64,000 nucleotides of DNA. Source: an uncultured Actinomycetota bacterium. Lineage in GTDB: Bacteria > Actinomycetota > Actinomycetes > Propionibacteriales > Nocardioidaceae. The stretch covers positions 3,911-67,910 of the forward strand of contig CAWDBZ010000009.1 of NCBI GenBank assembly GCA_963800715.1, given 5' to 3'. The translations under genes were made by a program, and so were the position numbers. The notes under the pieces are model-generated. The model had not been told where the DNA came from, made no database searches, and saw only the letters and a program-made list of their open reading frames with translations. Every line of letters begins with the position of its first letter. Positions within the stretch are counted from its first letter, which is position 1. Positions 1-9,784 of the stretch are shown here, one piece after another.

Positions 1-488
1 CCGGGAGATCCTCGGCATCCCGGTGCTCGATCTACATCTTCGCGCTGGTCGCGATCGTCGGCTGGGTCCTGCTCAACCGCACGACGTTCGGCCGCCGCAC
101 CATCGCGGTGGGCGGCAACCCGGAGGCCGCCCGACTGGCCGGCATCAACGTCAAGCGTCACACGGTGCTGCTGTACGTGCTGGTCGGCGTCTGCTGCGGC
201 ATCGCCGCCCTGATGCTGGTCGCGCGGACGACGACCGGCAGCTCGACCCACGGCGGCCTCTACGAGCTGGAGGCCATCGCCGCGGTCGTGATCGGCGGCA
301 CCCTGCTCTCCGGCGGCCGCGGCACCATCGTCGGCACCGTCTTCGGCGTGCTCATCTTCGCGACACTCACCAACGTCTTCGTCCTCAACAACCGCTCCTT
401 CTCGGAGCAGTCGCTCTTCAAGGGCGCCATCATCGTCGCCGCCGTGCTGCTCCAGCAGAGGTTGGCGTCTCGGAACAGCAGTACCTAG
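1..488 (+). CDS. Sugar ABC transporter permease (RbsC-like), 5'-truncated by window edge
   Basis: Hydrophobic ORF with GGNPEAARLAGI and YELEAIAAVVIGGT motifs; frame continues upstream of 108 to the window start. Confidence 0.9.
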   Translation, partial: GRSSASRCSIYIFALVAIVGWVLLNRTTFGRRTIAVGGNPEAARLAGINVKRHTVLLYVLVGVCCGIAALMLVARTTTGSSTHGGLYELEAIAAVVIGGTLLSGGRGTIVGTVFGVLIFATLTNVFVLNNRSFSEQSLFKGAIIVAAVLLQQRLASRNSST

Positions 489-563
489 CGCCAGGTCGCG
501 CGGCATCACCCAGTACGCAGCACCACACCTCTGCACCACACCTCTGCATCAAGGAGAAGCACG

Positions 564-1620
564 ATGAGGTCCCTGCGCATCCAGAAGAAGCTGGCGACCG
601 GCCTGGTCGCCGGTCTCGCAGCCTTCGCCCTCGCAGCGTGCACCGGCAACGACTCCAACGACGACAAGGCCGACCTGGGCGGCGGCACATCCAAGGCCGA
701 CAACGGCTCCAACGACGAGGCGGGCGACAAGGTCGTCATCGGCTTCTCCGCCCCTGCGGCCGACCACGGCTGGATGGGCTCGATCACCGAGTCCGCCCAG
801 ACGGTCGCCGAGCAGTACGACGACATCGAGCTGCGCGTCGCCGAGGGCACCAACGACGTCAACCTGCAGATCTGCCAGGTGGAGACGTTCATCAACGACG
901 GCGTGGACGCCATCGTGCTGCTGCCCTTCGACGGTGCGGCGATGACCCCGGTTGCACTCCAGGCAATGGAGGCCGGCATCCCGGTCATCAACGTCGACCG
1001 TGAGTTCGACGACCCCAACGCCGCCCGCGTCACCATCCTCGGTGACAACTACGGCATGGGGGTGTCCGCCGGCGCAGTACATCTGCTCCCAGGTCGACGA
1101 AGGCGCGGACGCCGTCGTCGCCGAGATCGCCGGCATCGACTCGCTGCCGCTGACCCAGGACCGCAGCCGTGGCTTCAAGGATGCGCTCGCCGAGTGCGGT
1201 CAGGACGTCGACAACCGGGTCGCTGCCGAGTTCACCGTCGAGGGCGGCGAGGAGGCCGCGGCCAACCTGCTGCAGGCTGCGCCGAAGATCGACTTCCTGT
1301 GGAACCACGACGACGACCAGGGCGTCGGCGTCCTGGCGGCGATCAGCAACGCCGGCCGTGACGAGTTCGTCATGATCGGCGGCGCTGGCTCGGCCAACGC
1401 CATGCGCGACATCCAGTCCGGTGACAGCGTGCTCAAGGCGACGGTCATCTACCCGTCCACCCAGGCCGCCGACGGCATCAAGCTGGCCCGCCTGCTGGTC
1501 CAGCAGAAGGCGCTGGGCGACCTGGTCGAGGTCGAGGTGCCGCGCTTGATCCAGCTCTACGCGCCGGTCGTGACCGCGGACAACGTCGACGAGTACCTCG
1601 ACACCGCGTTCGAGTCCTGA
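564..1620 (+). CDS. Sugar ABC substrate-binding lipoprotein (Peripla_BP_4 type), one +1 frameshift near 1072
   Basis: Lipobox ALAAC, RBS AAGGAG; N-half in ORF 564-1361 (GIPVINVDR), C-half in ORF 952-1620 (WNHDDDQGVG). Confidence 0.85.
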
Positions 1621-1637
1621 TCGAGTCCGACTGAGCC

Positions 1638-1671
1638 CCGGTGGGCCGGGCGACCCAGCCCGGCCCACCGG
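1638..1671. terminator. Intra-operon GC-rich stem-loop after the binding-protein gene
   Basis: CCGGTGGGCCGGGC-gaccca-GCCCGGCCCACCGG perfect 14-bp stem. Confidence 0.6.
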
Positions 1672-1717
1672 CGCCACCCAGACCGATCCAGACCTCGCCC
1701 CCGTCCCGGAACGGAAC

Positions 1718-2904
1718 ATGACGATGACCAGCACCCGCCCCACCCTCGCGGTGGGCATGGTGGGCTACGCCTTCATGGGCGCCGCCCACTCCCAGGCCTG
1801 GCGGACCGCGCCGCGCTTCTTCGACCTCCCGCTGACCCCGGCCATGCGGGTCGTCTGCGGCCGCGACGCCGAGCGGACCGCCGAGGCGGCCGCACGGCTC
1901 GGCTGGGCCGAGACCGAGACCGACTGGCGCCGCCTCGTCGAGCGCGCCGGACGTCGACCTCGTCGACATCTGCACGCCCGGGGGACACGCACGCCGAGAT
2001 CGCGATCGCCGCTCTGGCGGCGGGCAAGCACGTGCTGTGCGAGAAGCCGCTGGCCAACACGGTCGCCGAGGCGGAGGCGATGACCGCCGCCGCGGAGCAG
2101 GCGGCCGCAGCACGGCGTACGCGCGATGGTCGGCTTCACCTACCGCCGCGTGCCCGCGATCGCGCTGGCCCGCCGGCTCGTCGCCGAGGGCCGGATCGGC
2201 GAGGTGCGGCACGTGCGCGCGCAGTACCTCCAGGACTGGATCGCCGATCCGGAGGCTCCACTGTCGTGGCGGCTGGACAAGGCCAAGGCGGGCTCGGGTG
2301 CGCTCGGTGACATCGGCGCGCACATCGTCGACCTCACCCAGCACATCACCGGCCAACAGATGGCCGAGGTGTCCGGGCAGCTCGAGACGTTCGTGAAGGA
2401 GCGGCCGATCGCGACCGACCACGCTGGGCTGTCCGGCTCGGCCGGCACCGAGCGCGGACCGGTCACCGTCGATGACGCGGCGGTCTTCATCGCGCGGTTC
2501 ACGGGTGGCGGCGCTCGGCGTCTTCGAGGCCACCCGGTTCGCCACCGGTCGCAAGAACGCGATCCGCATCGAGATCAACGGCTCGGCCGGCAGCCTGGCC
2601 TTCGACTTCGAGGACATGAACGTCCTGCGAGTTCTTCGACGCTGCCGAGCCCGACGAGACCGCCGGCTTCCGCCGCATCATCGTCACCGAGCCCGGTCAC
2701 CCCTACGTCGGCGCGTGGTGGCCGCCCGGCCACGGGCTGGGCTACGAGCACGGCTTCACCCACCAGGTCGTCGACCTGGTGACCGCCATCGCCGAGGGCA
2801 CCCAGCCGACGCCGTCGTTCGCCGACGGGCTGCAGGTGCAGCGGGTGCTGGCCGCCGTCGAGACCAGCTCCGACACCCGTTCCTGGCAGGAGATCCCCAC
2901 ATGA
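1718..2904 (+). CDS. Gfo/Idh/MocA family oxidoreductase, several frameshifts
   Basis: [34 protein letters not shown] segments spread over successive frames; stop TGA 2902-2904. Confidence 0.85.
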
Positions 2905-4067
2905 CGCGACCGACTTCACACCACGTCCCGAGGACAAGTTCTCCTTCGGCCTCTGGACGGTCGGCTGGCAGGGCGTCGACGTCTTCGGCCCGGCCAGCCG
3001 GCCGCTGCTGGATCCGGTCGAGGCGACGTACAAGCTGGCCGAGCTGGGGGCCGCGGCGGTCACCTTCCACGACGACGACCTGGTGCCGGACGACGACAGC
3101 CGCGACGCGACCCTGGACAGGTTCTCCAAGGCGCTGGCCGACACCGGGCTGCGCGCCGAGATGGTCACCACCAACCTGTTCAGCCACCCGGTGTTCAAGG
3201 AGGGCGCGCTCACCGCCAACAACCGCGACGTACGCCGCTACGCGCTGGCCAAGGTGCTGCGCAACATCGACCTCGCCGCCGAGCCTCGGCGCCGAGACGT
3301 TCGTCATGTGGGGCGGCCGCGAGGGCGCCGAGCACGGCGGCGGCAAGAACATCCGCGCCGCGCTGGACCGGATGGTCGAGGGGCTCAACACCGTCTGCGA
3401 CTACGTGCGCGACCAGGGCTACACCATGCGGTTCGCGATCGAGCCCAAGCCCAACGAGCCGCGCGGCGACATCCTGCTGCCGACCATCGGGCATGCGCTC
3501 GCGCTCATCGGCGAGCTGGAGCATCCCGAGATGGTCGGCCTCAACCCCGAGGTCGGGCACGAGGAGATGGCCGGGCTCAACTTCGCGCACGGCATCGCGC
3601 AGGCGCTGTGGCACGACAAGCTGTTCCACGTCGACCTCAACGGCCAGCACGGTCCGCGGTTCGACCAGGACCTGCGGTTCGGCGCCGGCAACCTGCGCGG
3701 CGCCTTCTGGACGGTCGACACCCTGCTGGGCAGCGGCACCTCCAACAGCTACGACGGCTACGTGCACTTCGACTTCAAGCCCCCGCGCGCCGAGGCCATC
3801 GACGGCGTCTGGGAGTCGGCGAGGGCGTGCATGCGCAACTACCTGATCCTGCGCGACAAGGTCCAGGCCTTCCGGGCCGACCCCGAGGTGGCAGCGGCCC
3901 TGGCGGCCGCCGGCGTACCCGACCTCGACGAGCCGACCGTGGCCCAGGGCGAGTCGCTCGACGACCTGCGCGCCGCGTCGTACGACGTCGAGGCCCTCGG
4001 CGCCCGCTCGGTCGGCCAGGAGGCCCTCGACCAGCTCGCGATGGAACACCTGCTCGGCGTCCGCTGA
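2901..4067 (+). CDS. xylA: Xylose isomerase (actinobacterial class I), frameshifts near 2910 and 3283
   Basis: [51 protein letters not shown] motifs; ATGA overlap with upstream gene. Confidence 0.9.
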   Translation: MTRPTSHHVPRTSSPSASGRSAGRASTSSARPAGRCWIRSRRRTSWPSWGPRRSPSTTTTWCRTTTAATRPWTGSPRRWPTPGCAPRWSPPTCSATRCSRRARSPPTTATYAATRWPRCCATSTSPPSLGAETFVMWGGREGAEHGGGKNIRAALDRMVEGLNTVCDYVRDQGYTMRFAIEPKPNEPRGDILLPTIGHALALIGELEHPEMVGLNPEVGHEEMAGLNFAHGIAQALWHDKLFHVDLNGQHGPRFDQDLRFGAGNLRGAFWTVDTLLGSGTSNSYDGYVHFDFKPPRAEAIDGVWESARACMRNYLILRDKVQAFRADPEVAAALAAAGVPDLDEPTVAQGESLDDLRAASYDVEALGARSVGQEALDQLAMEHLLGVR

Positions 4068-4097
4068 GCGTCACTCACCTGTCACTGGAGGAAACCG

Positions 4098-5106
4098 ATG
4101 CCGCGTCCGATCACGCTGTTCACCGGCCAGTGGGCCGACCTGCCGTTCGAGGAGGTCGCCCGGCTCGCCAGCGAGTGGGGCTACGACGGCCTCGAGATCG
4201 CCTGCTGGGGCGACCACCTCGACCCGTGGCAGGGCGCCGAGGACGACGCCTACATCCAGGGCAAGCTGGACCTGCTGGAGAAGTACGGCCTCAAGGTCTT
4301 CGCGATCTCCAACCACCTCAAGGGCCAGGCCGTCTGCGACGACCCGATCGACGCCCGGCACGAGGCGATCCTCTCGGCCGAAGGTCTGGGGAGACGGCGA
4401 CCCCGAGGGCGTGCGCCAGCGGGCGGCCGAGGAGATGAAGCTGACCGCGCGCACCGCCCAGCGGCTCGGGGTGAACACGGTGGTGGGCTTCACCGGCTCC
4501 TCGATCTGGAAGTACGTCGCGATGTTCCCGCCGGCCTCTGCCGAGATGGTGGCCGCCGGCTATCAGGACTTCGCCGACCGCTGGAACCCGATCCTCGACG
4601 TCTTCGACGAGTGCGGGGTCCGGTTCGCGCACGAGGTGCACCCGTCCGAGATCGCCTACGACTACTGGACGACTGTCGCGACGATGGAGGCGATCGGCCA
4701 CCGGGAAGCGTTCGGCCTCAACTGGGACCCGAGCCACTTCGTGTGGCAGGACCTCGACCCGGTCGGGTTCCTGTGGGACTTCAAGGACCGGATCTACCAC
4801 GTCGACTGCAAGGACACGAAGCTCCAGGTCGGCAACGGCCGCAACGGCCGGCTCGGGTCGCACCTCCCGTGGGCCGACCCGCGGCGCGGCTGGGACTTCG
4901 TGTCCACCGGCCACGGCGACGTGCCGTGGGAGCAGTGCTTCCGGATGCTCAACACCATCGGCTACGACGGCCCGATCTCGGTGGAGTGGGAGGACGCCGG
5001 GATGGACCGTCTGCTCGGTGCGCCCGAGGCGCTGGAGTTCGTGCGGCGCCTGGCCTTCGACGCGCCGGACGCCGCCTTCGACGCGGCGTTCTCGACCGAC
5101 AGCTGA
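4098..5106 (+). CDS. Sugar phosphate isomerase/epimerase (AP_endonuc_2 TIM barrel), frameshift near 4380
   Basis: [44 protein letters not shown] motifs. Confidence 0.85.
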
Positions 5107-5122
5107 GTCGGCGTACCGTCCC

Positions 5123-5515
5123 TCATTCCGGAAGGGGAAGTGATCCTGGCGTCTTGGTGTAGCCGAGCTGCTCGATCACCTGCCCGTCGCTGACCCTGGT
5201 CACGTTCACGCCGAGGACGGATTCTGCGTCGGTGGGCCCGAAGCGGTAGCGCCACCGCACCGTGGCCCACTCGCCTTCTGTGAACACGTGCTCCACCTCG
5301 AACGTGGTCGACTCGTCGGCCATCAGCTCCGCCCAGAACGCCATGCTCGCGTCCTTCCCCACGTAGGGGGTGCCGTCGGGTGCCGGCTGGGCCGACACCA
5401 TCAGGCAGTCGTCGTGGACAAGGGCGGCGAGCGCGTCCGTGTCGCGGCGTCGGAAGGCGTCATTGAAGAGGCCGATGGTCTCGGCGGTGTCCCTGGGCGT
5501 TTCCGGTGTGGTCAT
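5123..5515 (-). CDS. SnoaL/NTF2-like protein
   Basis: 130 aa; FNDAF..RD.DAL...HDD pattern and beta-rich C-terminus. Confidence 0.75.
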   Translation of the reverse strand: MTTPETPRDTAETIGLFNDAFRRRDTDALAALVHDDCLMVSAQPAPDGTPYVGKDASMAFWAELMADESTTFEVEHVFTEGEWATVRWRYRFGPTDAESVLGVNVTRVSDGQVIEQLGYTKTPGSLPLPE

Positions 5516-5532
5516 CTCGAGCTCCTCGAAAG

Positions 5533-5575
5533 TAGACTGATTGGTCTATCGCTACGATATAGACCGGTCGATCTA
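5533..5575. promoter_or_regulatory. Two TetR-type operators TAGAC-N6-(G/A)TCTA in the divergent promoter
   Basis: TAGACtgattgGTCTA (5533-5548) and TAGACcggtcgATCTA (5560-5575). Confidence 0.7.
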
Positions 5576-5603
5576 CATTGCAAGAGCACACGGAGAAATT
5601 CTC

Positions 5604-6161
5604 ATGAGCGCACAGGCCTCGCCGGGACCTCGGGAACGCCTTCTGGCGACCGGCCAGGAGCTCTTCTACTCGCGCGGTGCCTCGGTGGGCGTGGACGCGC
5701 TGCTGAAGGAGGCGAAGGTTGCCCGCAGGTCGCTCTACGAGCACTTCGGAGGCAAGGACGGCCTGGTGGCGGCCGTCCTCCGCCGCGCGGGCGACGAGGA
5801 TGTGGCGTGGTACGAGCAGGCGTTGGCAGGTGGCACGGAGCCCCGAGCCCGGATCCTCGGGCTGTTCGATCGGCTCGACGAACTCGTCTCGGACGCGAGC
5901 TTCCGAGGCTGCAGGTACTTCGCTTCCGACCTTGCCTTTGCCGATCCGCACCACCCGGCACATGAGGAGACCGCGGCGTACCGACGGCGCATTCGCGCAC
6001 TCCTGGTGAGGGAGCTCGAGGCGCTGGGGCATGCCCGCCCCGAGCAGGCTGCGGAGCAGCTGCACCTGCTGATCGAGGGGACCCTGGTCACCGGTGCGAC
6101 CCAAAGCGATGAGCATCCCGCTCGTACGGCGCGCGAGCTCGCCGCAGTCGTGCTGGGCTGA
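5604..6161 (+). CDS. TetR/AcrR family transcriptional regulator
   Basis: HTH VGVDALLKEAKVARRSLYEHFGGKDGL; FRGC motif; GGAG RBS before ATG 5604. Confidence 0.9.
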   Translation: MSAQASPGPRERLLATGQELFYSRGASVGVDALLKEAKVARRSLYEHFGGKDGLVAAVLRRAGDEDVAWYEQALAGGTEPRARILGLFDRLDELVSDASFRGCRYFASDLAFADPHHPAHEETAAYRRRIRALLVRELEALGHARPEQAAEQLHLLIEGTLVTGATQSDEHPARTARELAAVVLG

Positions 6162-6175
6162 CGCCGAGACCCTTC

Positions 6176-7531
6176 CTAGGCGGCGGGCCAGAGGAAGTCG
6201 ACCGCGAGCTCGATGCTGGGCACCGGCACCGTCCCCAGCAGCGGTCGGACTGGGGGTGGAGTGAGCCGCTGCGCGACCGAGGTGTAGGTGTGCCCGGTGG
6301 GTGTGGTGGTCTCGACGGTGTGCCGCGGACCCGGTCGCGGTCGGGCGGACCAGCCGAAGGCCTCCTTGGCGATGTTGCAGCTCTCGCACTGGCACTGGCC
6401 GTTGGCGACAGACGTCGCGCCGCCCTCGGAATAGGCGGTGACGTGGTCGGCGTCGCTGGCCGGGGCGTCGCAGTAGAGCGTGCGGCACCTTCCATCGCGC
6501 AGGCGGAGAAACTCGGCGAGCTTTTTGGGGAACAGCCGGGCCTTGGAGTCCATCGCCATCAGCGCGCCCGTGGCCGGCGTCTCGTAGAGCCGGCGCACGA
6601 ACACGTCGACGTCGGCCTCCAGGTGGTCGGTGATCCAGGACCGGAGCAGCTCGCCGGGCACGGGCCCGTAGCCCTCGACCTCTGCCGCACCGTCCGTGCT
6701 GGCGTCGCCGAGCAGCACCTGGTCGGACACGATCACGTTGACCATGAGTGGGGCGCCGATAGCGGCCTCGGCCACGCTCGGCGAGACCACCCGGCTGGTC
6801 AGGGTGTCGGCCATGATCTGGCCGCGCGAGCGAGGGTCGCCGGTGGCCTTGAGCCTGTCGGCCTCCGCGCTGAGGGCGGCGTGCACCGCGACGCCGTTCT
6901 TCACCGACAGCAGGGCCGACAGGATCGCCATGGTGTCGGGGGCGGGCCGCAGGCTGGTGTGCCGGTCGGCCTCGGCGCGGCGGCGGCGCTCGACGAACGA
7001 CTCGGCGTCGAGCGCGTAGGCCCGACGCCGGACCTCGGCGACCAGCTCGCCGACGCCCATGGCTTCGATCACCGTCGGGTCGGCAGCCAGCTCGAAGTCG
7101 ATGGTCAGGCGGTCGGTCAACGGCAGGCAGGCGGTCTCGCGGGCCAGTAGGGTGACGCGCCACTCGTCGACCTTGCCTGCCGACCATGCGGCCATCGCAT
7201 GGGGCAGCTCGGTCCGGGCGATCTTGGCCAGCTGGAGCCGACGCTCGGCTCGATGCGGCGACTCCCGCCGCGCCAGCGCGATCTGGTGGGCGACCCCGCG
7301 GCTGCGTCGCGCGGCCGGCACGCCCCGGTCGGCCGCGGCAGACCGCACCGACGTGTCCAGGTCGACCGACAGCCGCGCCTGCAGAGCCTGGGCGGCACAG
7401 ATCAATTCTTCGGCCGCACGGATGGCGTCGATGCGCTGGGCATCGGTCGTGCCCGTGCCCAGCCCCGCCAGCGCTGCAGTGATCTCGCGCAGGTCGAGAC
7501 CTGGGGCGGCGGGATCGGTCTGGGTGAGCAT
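6176..7531 (-). CDS. DUF222 / 13E12-repeat family HNH endonuclease-domain protein
   Basis: D.RSRGQIMAD, GYGPVP, LRDGRC..YC...DADHV...GG.T...NGQCQCESCN, TTPTGHTY motifs. Confidence 0.85.
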   Translation of the reverse strand: MLTQTDPAAPGLDLREITAALAGLGTGTTDAQRIDAIRAAEELICAAQALQARLSVDLDTSVRSAAADRGVPAARRSRGVAHQIALARRESPHRAERRLQLAKIARTELPHAMAAWSAGKVDEWRVTLLARETACLPLTDRLTIDFELAADPTVIEAMGVGELVAEVRRRAYALDAESFVERRRRAEADRHTSLRPAPDTMAILSALLSVKNGVAVHAALSAEADRLKATGDPRSRGQIMADTLTSRVVSPSVAEAAIGAPLMVNVIVSDQVLLGDASTDGAAEVEGYGPVPGELLRSWITDHLEADVDVFVRRLYETPATGALMAMDSKARLFPKKLAEFLRLRDGRCRTLYCDAPASDADHVTAYSEGGATSVANGQCQCESCNIAKEAFGWSARPRPGPRHTVETTTPTGHTYTSVAQRLTPPPVRPLLGTVPVPSIELAVDFLWPAA

Positions 7532-7548
7532 CGTGAGACCGAGTCTAC

Positions 7549-7564
7549 TCGAACATATGTTCGA
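7549..7564. promoter_or_regulatory. LexA (SOS) box upstream of the HNH gene
   Basis: Perfect TCGAAC-ATAT-GTTCGA, next to a minus-strand -10 TAGACT (7542-7547). Confidence 0.85.
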
Positions 7565-7782
7565 ATACAAGGGCTCTTGTGCCTGGCCCGTTGCCCAGCG
7601 GTTCACGCACGTTCTACTCCGCGGGACGCGGCACGAGCGGGTACGCGGCGAGTGCCTCACTCGTGGCGGTACGACGCAGATGCTCGGCATTGGCCGGTCG
7701 CAAGCAATGCGGGCCCCGGTAGGGCCGTAGCGTCGCGCGCCATCTGCGGCTAGGTGAGCGTATGCATGCCTTCGTCGCTGTG

Positions 7783-8529
7783 CTACGACCGGATTCGTGA
7801 CTCGAGCGCGACGGCAGCCTCCACCAGTTGGGCATTGCTTTCGGCTCGGGTGCCGTCCGGCAGCAGAACGGAGTCTTCGAAGCCGACGCGAGTGTCATGT
7901 CCTCGCCGGAACGCGTCCTCAACCAGCGGCCATGTCCAGTCGTGCATCCCATGCGTGAGACGAGGGCAGGTCGATCCGGCCAAGTCCAGCGCGTCGTTCA
8001 CCTGCTGCGCGACCTCAGCCGGCTCGCCCTGAAGGAAGTAGGGCTCGCCTGGGTCCAACTCGATGCTGACTCGCTGCGCCCGCGGTAGCAGTCCCGATCG
8101 CAGCAGGTGGTCCATTTCTACTGGCGCCCACAAGCCCACATCGATGCCCACCCCGGCATCGAGCATGGCTTCCATCACCGCTTCGAAACCCCGCTCGGAC
8201 AAATTCACCGTGGCGCAGTCGACGCCTTCCCATTCGCGGATCATCGCGATCCGATCGGCCAGGTCGGGCACGATCCACTCCCCGGTCGTCAGTCCGATTT
8301 CAACTTGGCCTCCGACTTCGGCGGCGACGCTGCGAACCATGCGACAGGTGCTATTCACGACCGCCGGCTCGAGCGTTTCCGCGCCGGCAGGATCTCGCAC
8401 GTGGAGGTGCACGCCGGTTGCTCCGGCCTGAAAGCAGGCTCGCAGATCGGCCGCGAGCTCATTGAAGGAGAGCGGCATCGCAGGATGGACGTCTTTGCCC
8501 CACGGTCCGTTCGGCGTCACTTGAAGCAT
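7783..8529 (-). CDS. Beta-keto acid cleavage enzyme family (BKACE/DUF849)
   Basis: NG start motif, GATGVHLHVRD, TRVGFED, SNAQLV. Confidence 0.85.
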   Translation of the reverse strand: MLQVTPNGPWGKDVHPAMPLSFNELAADLRACFQAGATGVHLHVRDPAGAETLEPAVVNSTCRMVRSVAAEVGGQVEIGLTTGEWIVPDLADRIAMIREWEGVDCATVNLSERGFEAVMEAMLDAGVGIDVGLWAPVEMDHLLRSGLLPRAQRVSIELDPGEPYFLQGEPAEVAQQVNDALDLAGSTCPRLTHGMHDWTWPLVEDAFRRGHDTRVGFEDSVLLPDGTRAESNAQLVEAAVALESRIRS

Positions 8530-8749
8530 GGCGCCACGCTAGAGGACGGCACTGGTTGTCGGCCGTGGATGCGCGATCGGCTCCGGAAACTGCTCGGGCG
8601 TGAACTGAGCACTTGAACCGAGGTCGATCGCGGCGGTGTGACGCGCGCGTAGGCCGATGGGCTGGGTCGCTGTAGCGGCCAGTTTCCCTCTCAACGTGGG
8701 CGACTGCGCTTAACCAGCGCCCCTGAGTGGTGCGACGACGAGGGCAACT

Positions 8750-9110
8750 GCGCGACGCCTTCGGTGGTGTCGCCCCTGGCCGCCGCTCAGTGGCCGGCAT
8801 ACACGATCATGCCGGCTGCCCCGATCGTCGCGGCTGCATCCGCTCGGCACGGAGGGCTCGCGGGACTTCGTGACCAATTCGGGGTCGGGGAGGCCAGGTT
8901 GATCAAGTGCGGCGCGCGTGCGCGGATGCCGACACCTCGCACGGACCGGCCGCCTGGGCGACGAGGGCGGCGGCTTCCTTGCGGCGTCGGGTCGCCTTCA
9001 ACTGCGCGGACGCGAGGTTGATCTGGACGACGTCCGCGCCGCGCAGGGCGGCTTCGGCGAGCGGGTCGGTGGACTCGCAGTGGGCACCAAGGAACCAGGC
9101 ATCCCCGATG
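8750..9110 (-). pseudogene. nfo: Degraded endonuclease IV N-terminal remnant
   Basis: LGAH...DPLAEAALRGADVVQI, then HA-PHLINLAS, KSRE and DAAATIGAAGMIVYAGH in shifting frames with stops. Confidence 0.6.
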
Positions 9111-9262
9111 ACCGTGTCGTCTCGCCGTCGTGCGGCACCCGTGGCCCGCGGCCCCGGCCGAGCCGCCATTGATACGACATCTTCCAGACGCCGGAGGCCT
9201 GTCTTACTGGAAACGTCGGTGCCGTCAACAGCACCACCCACCAGCACAGAACGGAGCAGCAA

Positions 9263-9739
9263 GATGGACACCTACAGCAACCCGACACCGGTCACCGGGC
9301 GTCCGATGAGCACCCGGATCGCCGCGATCCTGGCCGCCCCCGTCCTGGTCGTCGCCCTGGCCAGCGCAGCCATTGCCACACCCCTGTTCGCGGAAGACCA
9401 GTCGTCCCAGGCCCAGCGAAAGCCTGGCCCCTGCCCATGCTGAACGGACGCTAGGACAAGGAGTTCGCGGGGCCGGATCTCAGAACGGCGGAGAACTTCC
9501 CCAGCCCGGGGGGCTACGCCGGCGAGGCCGTCATCCCGGCCAGCGAGACGGCTGTTCGCGTCCAGACGCTGGTGAAGGGCAAGTGGGTCACGGTCGCGAA
9601 CACCAAGGCCGCCAAGAACGGCGTGTTCGCGGTGACCAAGAGGGCCGCGAAGGGCCAGCAGACGCTCCGCGCCGTGCGTCCCGGCAACGGCGCCGTCGAC
9701 GGCGCGGTCGGCAAGGCGTTCACCGTCACCGTGAGGTGA
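9263..9739 (+). pseudogene. Remnant of a secreted protein (signal peptide plus separate C-terminal beta-sandwich segment)
   Basis: Signal-like RIAAILAAPVLVVALASA; start-less segment VRVQTLVKGKWVTVANTKAAKNGVF...LRAVRPG...FTVTVR ending at 9739. Confidence 0.45.
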
Positions 9740-9784
9740 CCTGCTGACAGTCCAGCAGCAGCTCGAAGGATCTCTCGCGTCGTG

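Noticed and set aside
564-5106. Programmed frameshifting or phase variation
   Set aside because: Too many sites, mostly outside slippery runs or long homopolymers
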